Below, one piece after another: positions 53,317-64,000 of a stretch of 64,000 nucleotides of DNA. This stretch comes from Eledone cirrhosa (taxonomy: Eukaryota): assembly GCA_964016885.1 (NCBI GenBank), contig OZ024744.1, positions 116,808,001 through 116,872,000 of the forward strand, written 5' to 3'. Positions within the stretch are counted from its first letter, which is position 1. Every line of letters begins with the position of its first letter. Made by a program: the position numbers and the translations under genes. The notes below the pieces were generated by a model. It was not told the origin of the DNA, searched no databases, and was given only the letters and a program-made list of their open reading frames with translations.

Positions 53317-53808
53317 GTTCCGTACCACCACCCCACTCTCAAGAGCGTGAAACTAATAAACCTTTGTTCGTACTGCCTCTCTGTTTTGTTCCCGTTCAAT
53401 TTTTTACTATACAATACACGCTCCCACGGCTTCCATACCTCCTTGGAATACTACCCTTGACTACTGGCTCAACCCCTATCTAATCCGCCGTGACCACTCT
53501 CTGAACTTTCCACACACCTTCCGACACTTGTTTTTTCCTTTCTTTGCATTACCTTTGATTGATTTATTTACTGTACTTGTTTATTTCTGTCTGATTTTTT
53601 GTCCATCATTGCCTGTGGTTTTACGATTATGATTTTTTTGTCTATGATTTTCCTGTGTATACTCTCCTCTCCTTACGTTATTTCTGTTTGATTTTCCCTT
53701 CCCCGTCTCTGCCTATCTTTCGCACTCACCCCTTCGTTCCACCCCCACCACCCCCGCTTCACACACCCTCCTTCTCATTCCTCCTCCTGCTTTCACTCCA
53801 CGCCCACC

Positions 53809-56110
53809 ATGCCCAGCCTGAGATCCTTTCTCCACCAACTCCACACAAGCCTCAAACTTTTCCTCACCCCCTCCTCCCACCCTGCTATCTCCCATCGGCC
53901 CTTCAACTCTCCTACCTTCTCTTCGCCAAAACCCGGCACTCCAGCCACATCCATTTCCTCAGCCACTGCCTCCGCCTCCACCTTATCCCCCTCGGCTTCC
54001 GTCTACACTTCCACACTTCCCCCCCCCCCCGGTTCCTCCTCCACCCAACGTATCCTCACCCGATCCTCGCGCCTCCTAATGCGCAACTCCACCCGCGCCT
54101 ACCGCTCCACCATCCGCAAACTTGACTACCAACTGACCCCCACCCTCCTCCGCCTTAACTCCACCCGCCACCCCCTCCTCACCCACTCCATCCTCCTCTT
54201 CATCCAAAACCTCAACCACGACCTCTTCTCCTTCCTCACCTCCACCAAAGCCCGTAAGCTACACTCACTCCTCCCGACCACCCCCATCCACACCACCCAC
54301 CCATCCCTATGAGTCCCCCACACCCATCCCACCCATCCCCACCACTCTCCACTCCTCCCTCAACCCACACCCCTACCCAATCTCCACCCTTCACCTCACC
54401 CCCCCTTCCCACACACACCCAAACCCCACCACTTGTTGTCACCATACCCCCTGACCTCCCCCTCTCCGCACCTGAGCGCTCACTCCCCAGTAGAGGCCTT
54501 CGCTTCATACCCCACACTCCGCACAGCGACGAGTTCCGCACCCGAACGGAAGTCGAGCGATTCGTGCGACGCACGAAGCTACAGGCACATTTCGGTCAAA
54601 CGCCACCGGCTCCGAACGACCCAGACCCGTTTCTGGCCCTGGGCCGCGACCATCATCTTGGACGCCGGCTCCAGAGCAATTTAGCACCCTGGACGCGTTC
54701 GTCGATGCCAGCCGTTGCGCAGTAAATCGCCTTCAAACCGGCGGACAAGGGAGGCGCTGTGGTGGTGTGGCGCGCGGACCTCTACACGGCCGAAGCCCTC
54801 AGGCAGCTCTGTAACCCCCTCTTATACCGCCCTCTACCCTCCGATCCCACACCCCTCTACCAACAACAAGTTTCCTCCACCATCCAACACCCTACTTCGC
54901 CTCGCCGAGCTGGTCCTCACCCTCAACTGTTTCTCCTTCTGGGGTGAGTTTTACCAACAGGTCGCGGGGGTAGCCATGGGCACAAACTATGCCAACCTTT
55001 TTGTTGGCCATGTTGAGGCCCAAATATTTGCCCAGTACACAGGCCCCACGCCCGAACTGTACGGTCGTTACATCGACGACTGTATCGGAGCCACGACCCT
55101 CACCCGAGAACAGCTCGACTCCTTTCTCTCCTTTTTCTGCTCCTTCTACCCCTCCCTCCACTTCACCACCTCTATCTCCACCACCCACGTCCACTTCTTA
55201 GACATCTCCGTCGCCTTCGACGCCTCCCACCACTCCCTCGTCACCTCCGCCTTCTTCAAACCCACCGACTCCCACTCCTACCTCGACTTCACCTCTTCCC
55301 ACCCTACACACACTAAACACTCTATTCTCTACTCCCAACTCCTCAGGATCCGCCGCCTCTGTAGCCGAGAAGCTGACTTTGAGTCCCAGGCCCTTTCCCT
55401 AGTCAGCCATTTCATCCGCAGAGGTTACCCGCCCCCTCTCTCGTCCACACCACTCTCATCCGCGCCCGTGCTGTCCACGGCCCCACCACCCTTACTCCAC
55501 GCCACCGCACATCCACCCACCGTCTTCCCTTCCCCATCACCTACCACCCCTCCACCATACCCCTCCACCGCACCATCCTCCGCCTCTTCCGATGCCTCCA
55601 GTCCGACCCCTCCACCTCCCACATCCCCACCACTCCCCTCCTTCAAACGCGCACGCAATCTCCGCACCCTCCTCGCCCACAGCTCCCTACCCTCTAACCC
55701 ACGTTCTCCCCCCCCCCCGATTCCCTTCCCTGTTCCAGGCCCCGTTGCAACACCTGTTCCCACATCACCAACACCACCACCTTCCAGGGTCCCAACGGCC
55801 ACTCTCTCTCTGTCCGGCATGTCTTCCGCTGCACCTCCTCCAACCTAGTCTATGGACTTCGCTGCACGGAGTGCAGCGCAACCTACGTCGGACAGACTGG
55901 ACGTCGCCTGGCGGACCGGTTTACTGAACACCTCCGAGATATTCGTCTCGGTGGTAGTTCCCCCATCGCCCGCCACTTTGGTGCCCCTGAACATTCCGCG
56001 CCCCACCTCACAGTCTGTGGCCTACTCCAATGCCACGGAACACCCGCCACTCTCCTCAGGGTCGAACAACGAACCATCTTCACCCTACAGACCCACACTC
56101 CCCCCTGTCT
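53809..56110 (+). pseudogene. PLE reverse transcriptase / GIY-YIG endonuclease pseudogene
   Basis: KPADKGGAVVVW; LTLNCFSF..FYQQVAGVAMG; RYIDDC; HFLDIS; KPTDSHSYL..SSHP. Cys linker CSRPRCNTC. CTSSNLVYGLRCTECSATYVGQTGRRLADRFTEH. Multiple frameshifts. Confidence 0.9.
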
Positions 56111-57603
56111 GAACTCCCCACCCTTATTCCTTTAGCCTTCGACCGCCCTCGCCCCTCCCCACACACATATCCCCCACTAACACCACTAACACACTCCTCC
56201 TTTTCACCGCCCACCCCACAACTAACAATACTAACACCTCCACTCCACCCCGCACCCGACCACCCTTCCCCAACTAACATACTAATATCCCTCCCTCCTT
56301 ATCACACGCACACACCCACCGGTACATATATACACGCGCTCACACTAAACACACCCTACTACGACCACTAACCCTCACCCCACCACCCCGCAACTAACAT
56401 CACTAACACCACTCCGACCCCACGCACACACCCACTTACACCACCCACACTACATGCAACTAATATCACTAACGCCCACCCCCCTACCCCACGCACGCGA
56501 ACACACACACCCACTTACACCACCCACTACACACCCTACCACCACTGACCTCCACTAACACCCGCATTCAACCCTTTCCCCACCACCAGTATTTTAACCC
56601 CTACTTACACACACTCATCCAAACACGCACACACACACCAGTACACTACACTCCCTCCACCGGCCCCCACACCTTTCTCTCCCCCTCCCCGCTCCATTCA
56701 CACCCTTTCTCACACACACACACATCCCTGCAACACCTCTACTAATACACACACCCTCTCCTCACGCCAACTTTCACACCTACCCATCCTCTCCCCTGTC
56801 CACCGCACCTCCGCACACACTGACACACCGACTTTCTTCACTTACCATTCTCCCCGACTGCTGCTATGCTCCTCTGGATCTCTGACCACCTCTCCGCACA
56901 CACAGACACACAACCACACAACCCTCCTCCTGCCTTGACCCTCTGACCACTTCCTGTTGCGCGCGCACCCCACATCTCCCCTCTTCCAACCAACCCAACC
57001 ACGGATTACACACATTAGACATCGCTCCCAAGAATCAACCACATCCCAAGGATATTACCCAGCATTCCACCACATCCTCTGCGGAACTACCTTAGGGACT
57101 TACCCACGGACATACACACAAACAAATTTTTTTTCCCACACGTCACCTACATCCACAACACGTATAAACACCACACACACGTGCGTACCACCACATATTT
57201 ACACACTCAGCCTCCGGAATCCTCTGACCCCTCCCTATCCACACACGCACACACACACCGACCTACACCCCACCCCACACACACCTTTTCCTGAACATGC
57301 AACCCCGTTCTTCCCCCAACTCTTACTTTCACATACATACACACACACGTACACCTACACACACACACCACCTTCAGCCCTCTCCGCTCGGACACCCCGC
57401 CTCCCTCTCCCCACTCCACCCACCACCACCCCTACACGCCCCACACCCTTCCACCACCTGTTTTACTTCATGTTTATTTTTATTTTTATTATGCTTTTAT
57501 ATTTAATTTCATTTGTACCGTTTCCTCTCACCCCCTTTTTTCTATATGTTTCTCCACCACTCCCCTACACACCCTTGGAACTCTCTTCCCACACACTTTT
57601 CAC

Positions 57604-57631
57604 CTGAAGAAGGGCTTATGCCCGAAACGTC
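57604..57631 (+). ncRNA. Minimal PLE hammerhead in the 3' pLTR
   Basis: CTGAAGA-a-gggc-ttat-gccc-GAAA-cgtc, with the palindromic ACGT stem III typical of PLE minimal hammerheads. Confidence 0.82.
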
Positions 57632-57719
57632 GTTCCCCACCACCACCCCACTCTCAAGAGCGTGAAACTAATAAACCTTTGTTCGTACTGGCTCTCTGTT
57701 TTGTTCCCGTTCAATTTTT

Positions 57720-57750
<31 letters not shown>

Positions 57751-57758
<8 letters not shown>

Positions 57759-57996
57759 TAAAAGGAATTCCAACTTTGTCTGATTTACTCGTTTTATTTA
57801 CAATCCTTTAAAATTTATAATGGTATTAGAATGAAATAGTATGGTAGAATATTAAATGTTAAGTGTTAATTGAACATTTAACACTTAACATTTAATATTC
57901 TACCATACTATTTCATTCTAATACCATTATAAATTTTAAAGGATTGCAAATAAAACGAGTAAATCAGACAAAGTTGGAATTCCTTTTATTAATATA
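57751..57996. repeat. Long inverted repeat, ~119-bp arms, 8-nt spacer
   Basis: Arms 57751-57869 and 57878-57996, one mismatch seen. It begins a TA-bounded module that extends to ~58395. Confidence 0.95.
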
Positions 57997-58233
57997 ATCT
58001 TCTATACACAATCTTACACACCCGTGTATATTTCTCTCTGTCTCTAGAGAAAAAATTCGTTGTTGCTTACTGCTATTTTTTTAGCAGCCAAGCCATCAAC
58101 AAATCTGTAATATTCCCGCTTTCACTAGCGGCCGGTTCACGTGTGGGTCACTTTAACGGCCATAACTCATACGAGCTGGTAGTTGGCATTATAATTGCAG
58201 ACCGTGGGACGTAGGTCCTATAGAAAGGAAATA

Positions 58234-58312
58234 GCTATCTGATGAAGTTTACTTTCCGTTGGAAATTCTCCGAATTTCTAATCTTTTGTAAACGGAAACC
58301 GCCGGTAATAGC
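58234..58312 (+). ncRNA. Type I hammerhead ribozyme with a branched stem II insert
   Basis: gctat-CTGATGA-a-gtttac..(inner hairpin ttggaaattc/gaatttctaa)..gtaaac-g-GAAA-cc-gcc-gg-TA-atagc. Confidence 0.75.
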
Positions 58313-58416
58313 ATTATGAACAGGTAGATATTTAAATCATTTTTTAATTTATTTAAAGGATTATTTAATGTTTGTTTGTTCTGCTCATCAATTTATATAT
58401 ATATATATATATATAA

Positions 58417-58482
<66 letters not shown>

Positions 58483-59102
58483 TGTGATTAATGGATCCAG
58501 TGCATTACTGGTACTTTATTTTATCGACCCTGTAAGGATGAAAAGCAAAGCTAACCTTGGATTTCTGTATTAGCCCCACAGGGTTTACATTAAGAGAACA
58601 ATAAGGACGGTACAGTACAGTTTTTTTTTTGGGGGGGGGGAGTTTATATTTAAAATATCAAAACATAACAAATTCCCACCAAAAGTGGGGGGAACCTCCG
58701 AGGGTCACTTGTGGAGAAAGCGCACAAAATGCCACGGTAACCTTGACAGGACAAGTGCCCTCTCACAGATGTTCCCTACCAATTCTACAGGTGTATACTC
58801 AGAGCAAGCCCATTCACCCAGACCATGCTCCTTACCTCTCTCGTCCACCTTTTAACAAACTGGCAGCATTTCCCTCTCCACCCTGTTCTTTATTTATTGG
58901 CCAGAAGGGCCGACTTATGGGAGACAATACAGGGATATGGCGAGCTGGTGGGATGTAGGTGGGGTATATATTACGATGTGGGTGTTAAGTGTGTTGATGG
59001 AGCTGTGTGAGCGTGTGTTTGTTGGTGTATATTGTGTGGTTGTATGTATAGGTCTATACGTGTGTGTATGTGTGAGTATAAATAATGGGGTAGGTTTAGA
59101 AG

Positions 59103-59175
<73 letters not shown>

Positions 59176-59213
59176 CAAGATAAATAATAATCAAATTGTG
59201 TTTAAAACATTTA

Positions 59214-59265
59214 ATATCTTACGATTGTTTCATCCAGATATAAGTCTGGAATCATCAGAGCATAT
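59214..59265 (-). ncRNA. Minimal hammerhead ribozyme
   Basis: Minus: atatgct-CTGATGA-t-tccaga-cttata-tctgga-t-GAAA-caatcg-TA-agatat, in the TA-bounded module 59173-59668. Confidence 0.75.
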
Positions 59266-59662
59266 AAATGTTAAAACAAATATATTCCTAATCACTTGAA
59301 TATTTAGTAGGATACATTATAGGTGAGAAGACTAATTATAAATATTAACATCAATATATTAAAGAGTAAAAATTGAACAGACATAAAAATTGTAATAAAA
59401 CTATAATATAAATAATTGGAGGTATAGGTTATATATAAGGATATGGTTATTAATTATAGCCAGAATATCAATTACAATAGAGTACATGCTATATATGTAA
59501 GAGAATGGTATATTGCATGTACTCTATTGTCAACAGCTGATGACCCTGGAGTTCTGTGTCCTTCGTTTGTATTTTAAAAAAAAAACATTTAATGATTCCC
59601 CTTAATAAATTGTTTTTTGCTTTTTGTGTCCATTCGTTATCTTGTCACTTTGTTAATTTTCT

Positions 59663-59791
<129 letters not shown>

Positions 59792-59801
59792 TATATATAC
59801 A

Positions 59802-59863
59802 TGAAGGTCCGAAAGGATTGACCGGAGATGAATTCATCTCCGGTCGATCCTTTAGGACCATCA
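59802..59863. repeat. Spacerless palindrome centred on GAATTC
   Basis: tgaaggtccgaaaggattgaccggagatgaa|ttcatctccggtcgatcctttaggaccatca, adjacent to (TA)n. Confidence 0.9.
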
Positions 59864-60025
59864 CAGGGATACTCCATTGATAATGGGTTTTTAAACTTAA
59901 AAATATTTGGGATTGTTAAATTTGCTAAGGTAAGATTCTATTGTTATCTTGGCACCTTTAATTTTCTAATGCATTGTATGGTTTTCAAAATTATTTACAT
60001 TCATATTTATATATATATATAGAAC

Positions 60026-60130
60026 AATGTTTAACCCTGACAGCGGAGCTCAAGCCATTTTGACGGCTATTTCTGGACTCCAGCAATAGCTGTCAAAACG
60101 GCTTGAGCTCTGCCGTCAGGGTTAAACATT
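60026..60130. repeat. Palindrome, ~52-bp arms, 1-nt spacer
   Basis: aatgtttaaccctgac...ctgga c tccag...gtcagggttaaacatt; TA-bounded. Confidence 0.92.
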
Positions 60131-60242
60131 TTCCTATTACACACTCTACTACGCTAAGTATTGAGTACTCTGGTGCATTATGGTCCATCTGGTTCCTTAC
60201 CACACTTCCTTCATTATATATATATATATATCATTATCTATA

Positions 60243-60436
60243 AAGGGCGGTGGATTGGCAGTATCGGTAGAAGGTCGGACGCCATGCTTTGATGCATAGA
60301 GTTACGGCCCTTTATGGTCTGTGTTCAAATTCCGCCGAGGTTAACTTTGCCTTTCATCCTTACAGGGTCGATAAAATAAAGTACTAGTAATACACTTGGA
60401 TAATTGCTGGCCTTGTGCCAAAAGTAGAAACAATTA
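60243..60436 (+). mobile_element. Full-length tRNA-derived SINE with ~12-bp TSD
   Basis: ggcggtggattggcagtatcggtag...gttcaaattcc...gtagaaacaatta, flanked by attatctataaa / attacctataaa. Confidence 0.88.
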
Positions 60437-61029
60437 CCTATAAAAGACAGATTGTTGTTGTTGTTGTGTGTGCATGTTCAATGTTTATACATTTGCACAA
60501 TTTCAAACTGATTCGTCTCAAATTCTGTAAGAATGTTGTAAATGGTGTAACTTAGGTCAACGACTATTTATGTCATTCACAATTCTGGAAATAATCGATA
60601 AAACTAAATACATGACGCTTTACCCCTCTAATAGAATCTGATAACCTCTCTCTATTCCCCTTAAAATTCAATAAAACTACATACATGCTTACAAACTTCC
60701 TTTAGGAACGCCGAAGAGAGAGAGAGAGAGAGAACGTTTGTTTTTGAGTGTGGAACGGTCAAACATTTATTTACTTCAATGACAAAGAGAACTTATTACA
60801 TTTCATACGAAACAACAATTATTCAAAAGCAACAGTTAAATTTATTCAACAACAAAAAAAAAATAGCGATAAATCTTTTCTAAAACCTCTCAACGAACGT
60901 GGAAGAAAGAAGTAACAGTTTATTTACTATACACAATAATATACTCTATGAGGTCACTAAACCTGCTAGAAACAGCAGCTAACTCTCCCCCATATCACAC
61001 CCCTCCCTACTGTCTTAAATTTAGAAAAC

Positions 61030-61329
61030 ACACATTAGACAACCATGCAGAACAACTCCATCGCAGCTCTGTCGTTCGGCTGGCATCGTCTACGCGCGTG
61101 TTGCGGAAGTACTGTGAAACAATAAATTTCAACACTTCGTTTGCACAGAGATAATATCCATAGGCGAAACTACAATTGTCACTGCTGGCGCAGCTCCTGC
61201 TTCGGCAGTCCAGGTCTGCAATTCATTCACCCAGTGCCTGGCAGACAAAAAAGTGCTGCCATAAAATGGGTGGTGCAACCTAACTTTGGTAACTTACTGA
61301 CCCCGAGCAACGCCGGGCTTTAATGCTAG
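61030..61329 (+). mobile_element. Helitron 3' end fragment (5' boundary uncertain)
   Basis: cccgagcaacgccggg hairpin then CTAG|T at 61326-61330; same terminus type as 43727. Confidence 0.65.
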
Positions 61330-61351
61330 TATATATATATATATATATATA

Positions 61352-62611
61352 TGCAAAAGTTCTATTTAAATTGTTGGGATACTTATTTTTTAAGATATAT
61401 TTATCAAACTTGGGTCAGTTTGTCTTCATGACTTGTTCTTTTGATCTCACTCGATAAACGCTCCATTGGCTTTGATGATGGCCTCTAGGCGGCCTCGAAA
61501 CCGGCTACAGGCCTTCGTCACTGTCCCCCCGACTTAGGCGCCTAAAGACACTTGTGATCCTGGCCTTCAGATCGTCTTTTGTATTGCAGCTAGATCTGTT
61601 GGTGTCTCGTTCCACTGCTCCCCACACAAAGAAGTTGAGGGGATTGCAGTCAGGCGAGCTGGGAGGCCAGATGTCAGGTGAAGTGTGGTCGACGAAGTTC
61701 TCTGACAGCCAGGCTTGGGTCTTTCGGCTGGTATGGCAGGGCGCTGAGTCTTGCTACCACACGTACGGCCTACCTGCAGCTACCTGGTCGATCCAGGGCT
61801 TTACTACCTCACTTACAATGCAGATGTAGCCATCGATGTTCAGTTTGAGGCCCTCAGGGAAGAAGTGAGGTGGCATGATGTCACCTTGACTGCTGACGAC
61901 ACCTAAGACCAATGTTGTCGCTGGAAACTTTGTCTGCATGACTCTGGGCACATCTTTGGATGAGACAGCGAGCCACCTGTTGTTCTGGGAGTTGATCTTC
62001 TGGTCTTGGCAGAAGTTTTTCTCGTTGGAGAAAAACCACAGCATGTCTGGCTCCAGTGGGTGTTTCAACTTGTTGATCAGCTTTGCGTGCTTCAGTCGCT
62101 TTTCTTGCATCACCTTTGACAGAAATTGTCCTTTCCTCATCTTGTATGAAACGTAGCAAATGTCTTCATTTACCACCAGCCTAATGAGCTTTTCATCCGC
62201 GCCTTTCTCCCTTGCAATGGCACGCATCGACTTGCTAGGTTCATTGTTGATGATATCCTGAACTTCAGCGACGAACTCGGGCGTTCTTGAGGCGTCAGAT
62301 CGTCGATCATGTGTTTTCCTCTCTGATGTTGCTTCGTAGTCGAATCCTGAATCTTCCAATTCCTTTCTGACTTTTTGACGCTGAGAAAGTGTGAAATTTC
62401 CTTATTTGTCCTCCCGGTGCAGATTCCAAGAAGAACTCCGTGTCTCTTCCACAAATTTGGAGGTTCAAAATTATTCATAATCAATTATTCTGAAAATAAA
62501 TAATGGAAATATAGTCACTGTTTTTATGAAGACAAGAGTGACCATGGAAGTAAAAAAAATTTGCATAAAATTAGCAGTTGACAATTGCGAACAAATATCG
62601 TCCACACCCTG
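61352..62611 (-). mobile_element. Tc1/mariner DD37D (maT) transposon, decayed
   Basis: Minus 5' TA|CAGGGTGTGGACG terminus. Transposase WFFSNEKNF...W*QDSAPCH...WPPSSPDCNPLNFFVW, with 37 residues between the second and third catalytic positions. Confidence 0.88.
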
Positions 62612-62979
62612 TATATGTATATATATATATATATAGCAATGAAATACCCCACTGGGGAGGGGGGGAGCGTACTACCCAGAGGTGACTCAGGAAACCCTCC
62701 CCCCCCGCCAATCTTAAATCAGCCTGCTCTCCAAGAGTTCCCCAGGAGGGCGTCCCTCTCTTCTTCTCTCCTCTCCCCTCTCAAAAATAACAACAATAAC
62801 AACAATAACAGTAATAAAAAAAATCCTTTATTTGCCAGAAGGATGAGTGGGGAAGGGGAGGGGGAGGGGGATATTATAAAAAACAGAATTGAGAAAAATA
62901 AAACAATGACAAACAAACAAAAACATGGAAAACAATAACAAAATACATTAGGGGGTGGGGTGGGGCAGTAATAATGGTG

Positions 62980-63780
62980 TCTGCTATAGGCCAGCAATTT
63001 AGGGTACATTATGGATACTTTATTTTATCAACCCTGTAAGGATAAAAAGTTAAGTCAACCTTGGCGAGATTTGAACTCAGAAAAGGAAGGCAAAGGGACG
63101 TAACTCTATGTCGCAAAGCATGTTATCCGACACTCTACTGATACTGTCGATCTACCACCCTTTTAAGGTCATAAGGCCCATAATAATTTTTTCTGATTTA
63201 GGCACAAGGCCAACACCTTTCGGGGGCAGGGGAAAGTTGATTAAATCAACCCCAGTGCATTACTGGTACTTTATTTTATCGACCCCCGTAAGGATGAAAG
63301 GCAAAGTTAACCTCGGCGGGATTTGAACTCAGAATGTAAAGGGACGTAACTATATGCCGCAAACCATTGCGTCCGACGCTCTACCGATACTGCCAATTCA
63401 CCAGCCTTGGTAGAAGGTTAGCAAATTTAAGAGGGAGAATGTCGATTACATCGATAAAGATACTTTATTTTTATCGATCCTGGAAGGATGAAAGACAGAG
63501 TTGTTTACTACGACATAGTAATTGTATTTTAAAATTATTATTATGCCAGTCTGAGTTCAAATCCCGCCGAGGTTAACTTTGCCTTTCATCCTTACGGGGT
63601 CGATAAAATAAAGTACCAGTAATGCACTGGGGTCAATTCAATCGACTTTCCCCTGCCCCCCAAATTGCTGGCCTTGTGCCTATATAAGAAGCCATTATTA
63701 TATATTTTATCTAAGGCAGTGGATTTGGCAATACTCAGTAGAGCATCGGACATCATGTTTACAGCATAGAGTTACGGCCT
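62980..63780. mobile_element. Cluster of at least five tRNA-derived SINE copies or fragments (minus: ~62985-63160, 63185-63408, 63410-63510; plus: 63548-63700, 63714-63780)
   Basis: Repeated actttattttatcgacccc..aaggatgaaaggcaaagt..aacctcggcgggatttgaactcag in both orientations. Confidence 0.85.
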
Positions 63781-63785
63781 GTGAC

Positions 63786-64000
63786 ACAACTAGGGAAAAT
63801 AGCTCCTATGGCAAGCAGGGAAATTGTGACCCTACCCAGAAGACCGAACTAGGAAAATAGCCCCTATGGCAAGCAGGGAAATTGTGACCCTACCCAGAGG
63901 ACATAACTAGGAAAATAGCCCCTATGGCAAGCAGGGAAATTGTGACCCTACCCAGAGGACATAACTAGGAAAATAGGCCCTATGGCAAGCAGGGAAATGG
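63786..64000. repeat. 58-bp tandem repeat running off the window edge
   Basis: actaggaaaatagcccctatggcaagcagggaaattgtgaccctacccagaggacata at 63789, 63848, 63906 and 63964. Confidence 0.92.

Larger units (their letters stand above)
52828..57726 (+). mobile_element. Penelope-like retroelement (Neptune-type), internally deleted, with direct pLTRs (~52828-53411 and ~57124-57726)
   Basis: ~590-bp direct repeats, each with a hammerhead and AATAAA. RT and GIY-YIG remnants lie between them, and the element is inserted in TA repeats. Confidence 0.92.

Noticed and set aside
59530-59565. CTGATGA hammerhead core at ~59537
   Set aside because: No downstream GAAA or stem III could be found; at most a truncated remnant.

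Overview
Eukaryotic, repeat-only window with no recognisable host protein-coding gene. The SINE families suggest a cephalopod, probably octopus (inference). Positions ~457-35506 are a ~35 kb array of about 780 copies of a 45-bp monomer (GACTGGAGCAATGTGAAATAAAGTGTCTTGCTCAAGGACACAGTG). Its flanks show it grew inside one minus-strand tRNA-derived CORE-type SINE: the Pol III A/B-box head lies on the right (35507-35572), and the body and (ACT)n tail lie on the left (1-456). The array has nested higher-order duplications (898, 2596, 4739, 6009 and 6863 bp) and a second SINE inserted with a 21-bp TSD. Positions 35.6-64 kb are a nested transposon field in (TA)n microsatellites. It contains RTE-like LINE fragments, a hAT element with TIRs and an 8-bp TSD, several Helitron derivatives, an internally deleted Penelope-like (Neptune-type) retroelement with pLTRs, a DD37D/maT transposase pseudogene, SINEs and minisatellites. 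At least nine hammerhead-ribozyme motifs and several long palindromes also occur, mostly in short non-coding modules bounded by (TA)n. One is a ~512-nt direct-plus-inverted-repeat module with an extended type I hammerhead (retrozyme-like). All calls were made by eye; no database searches or folding computations were run.
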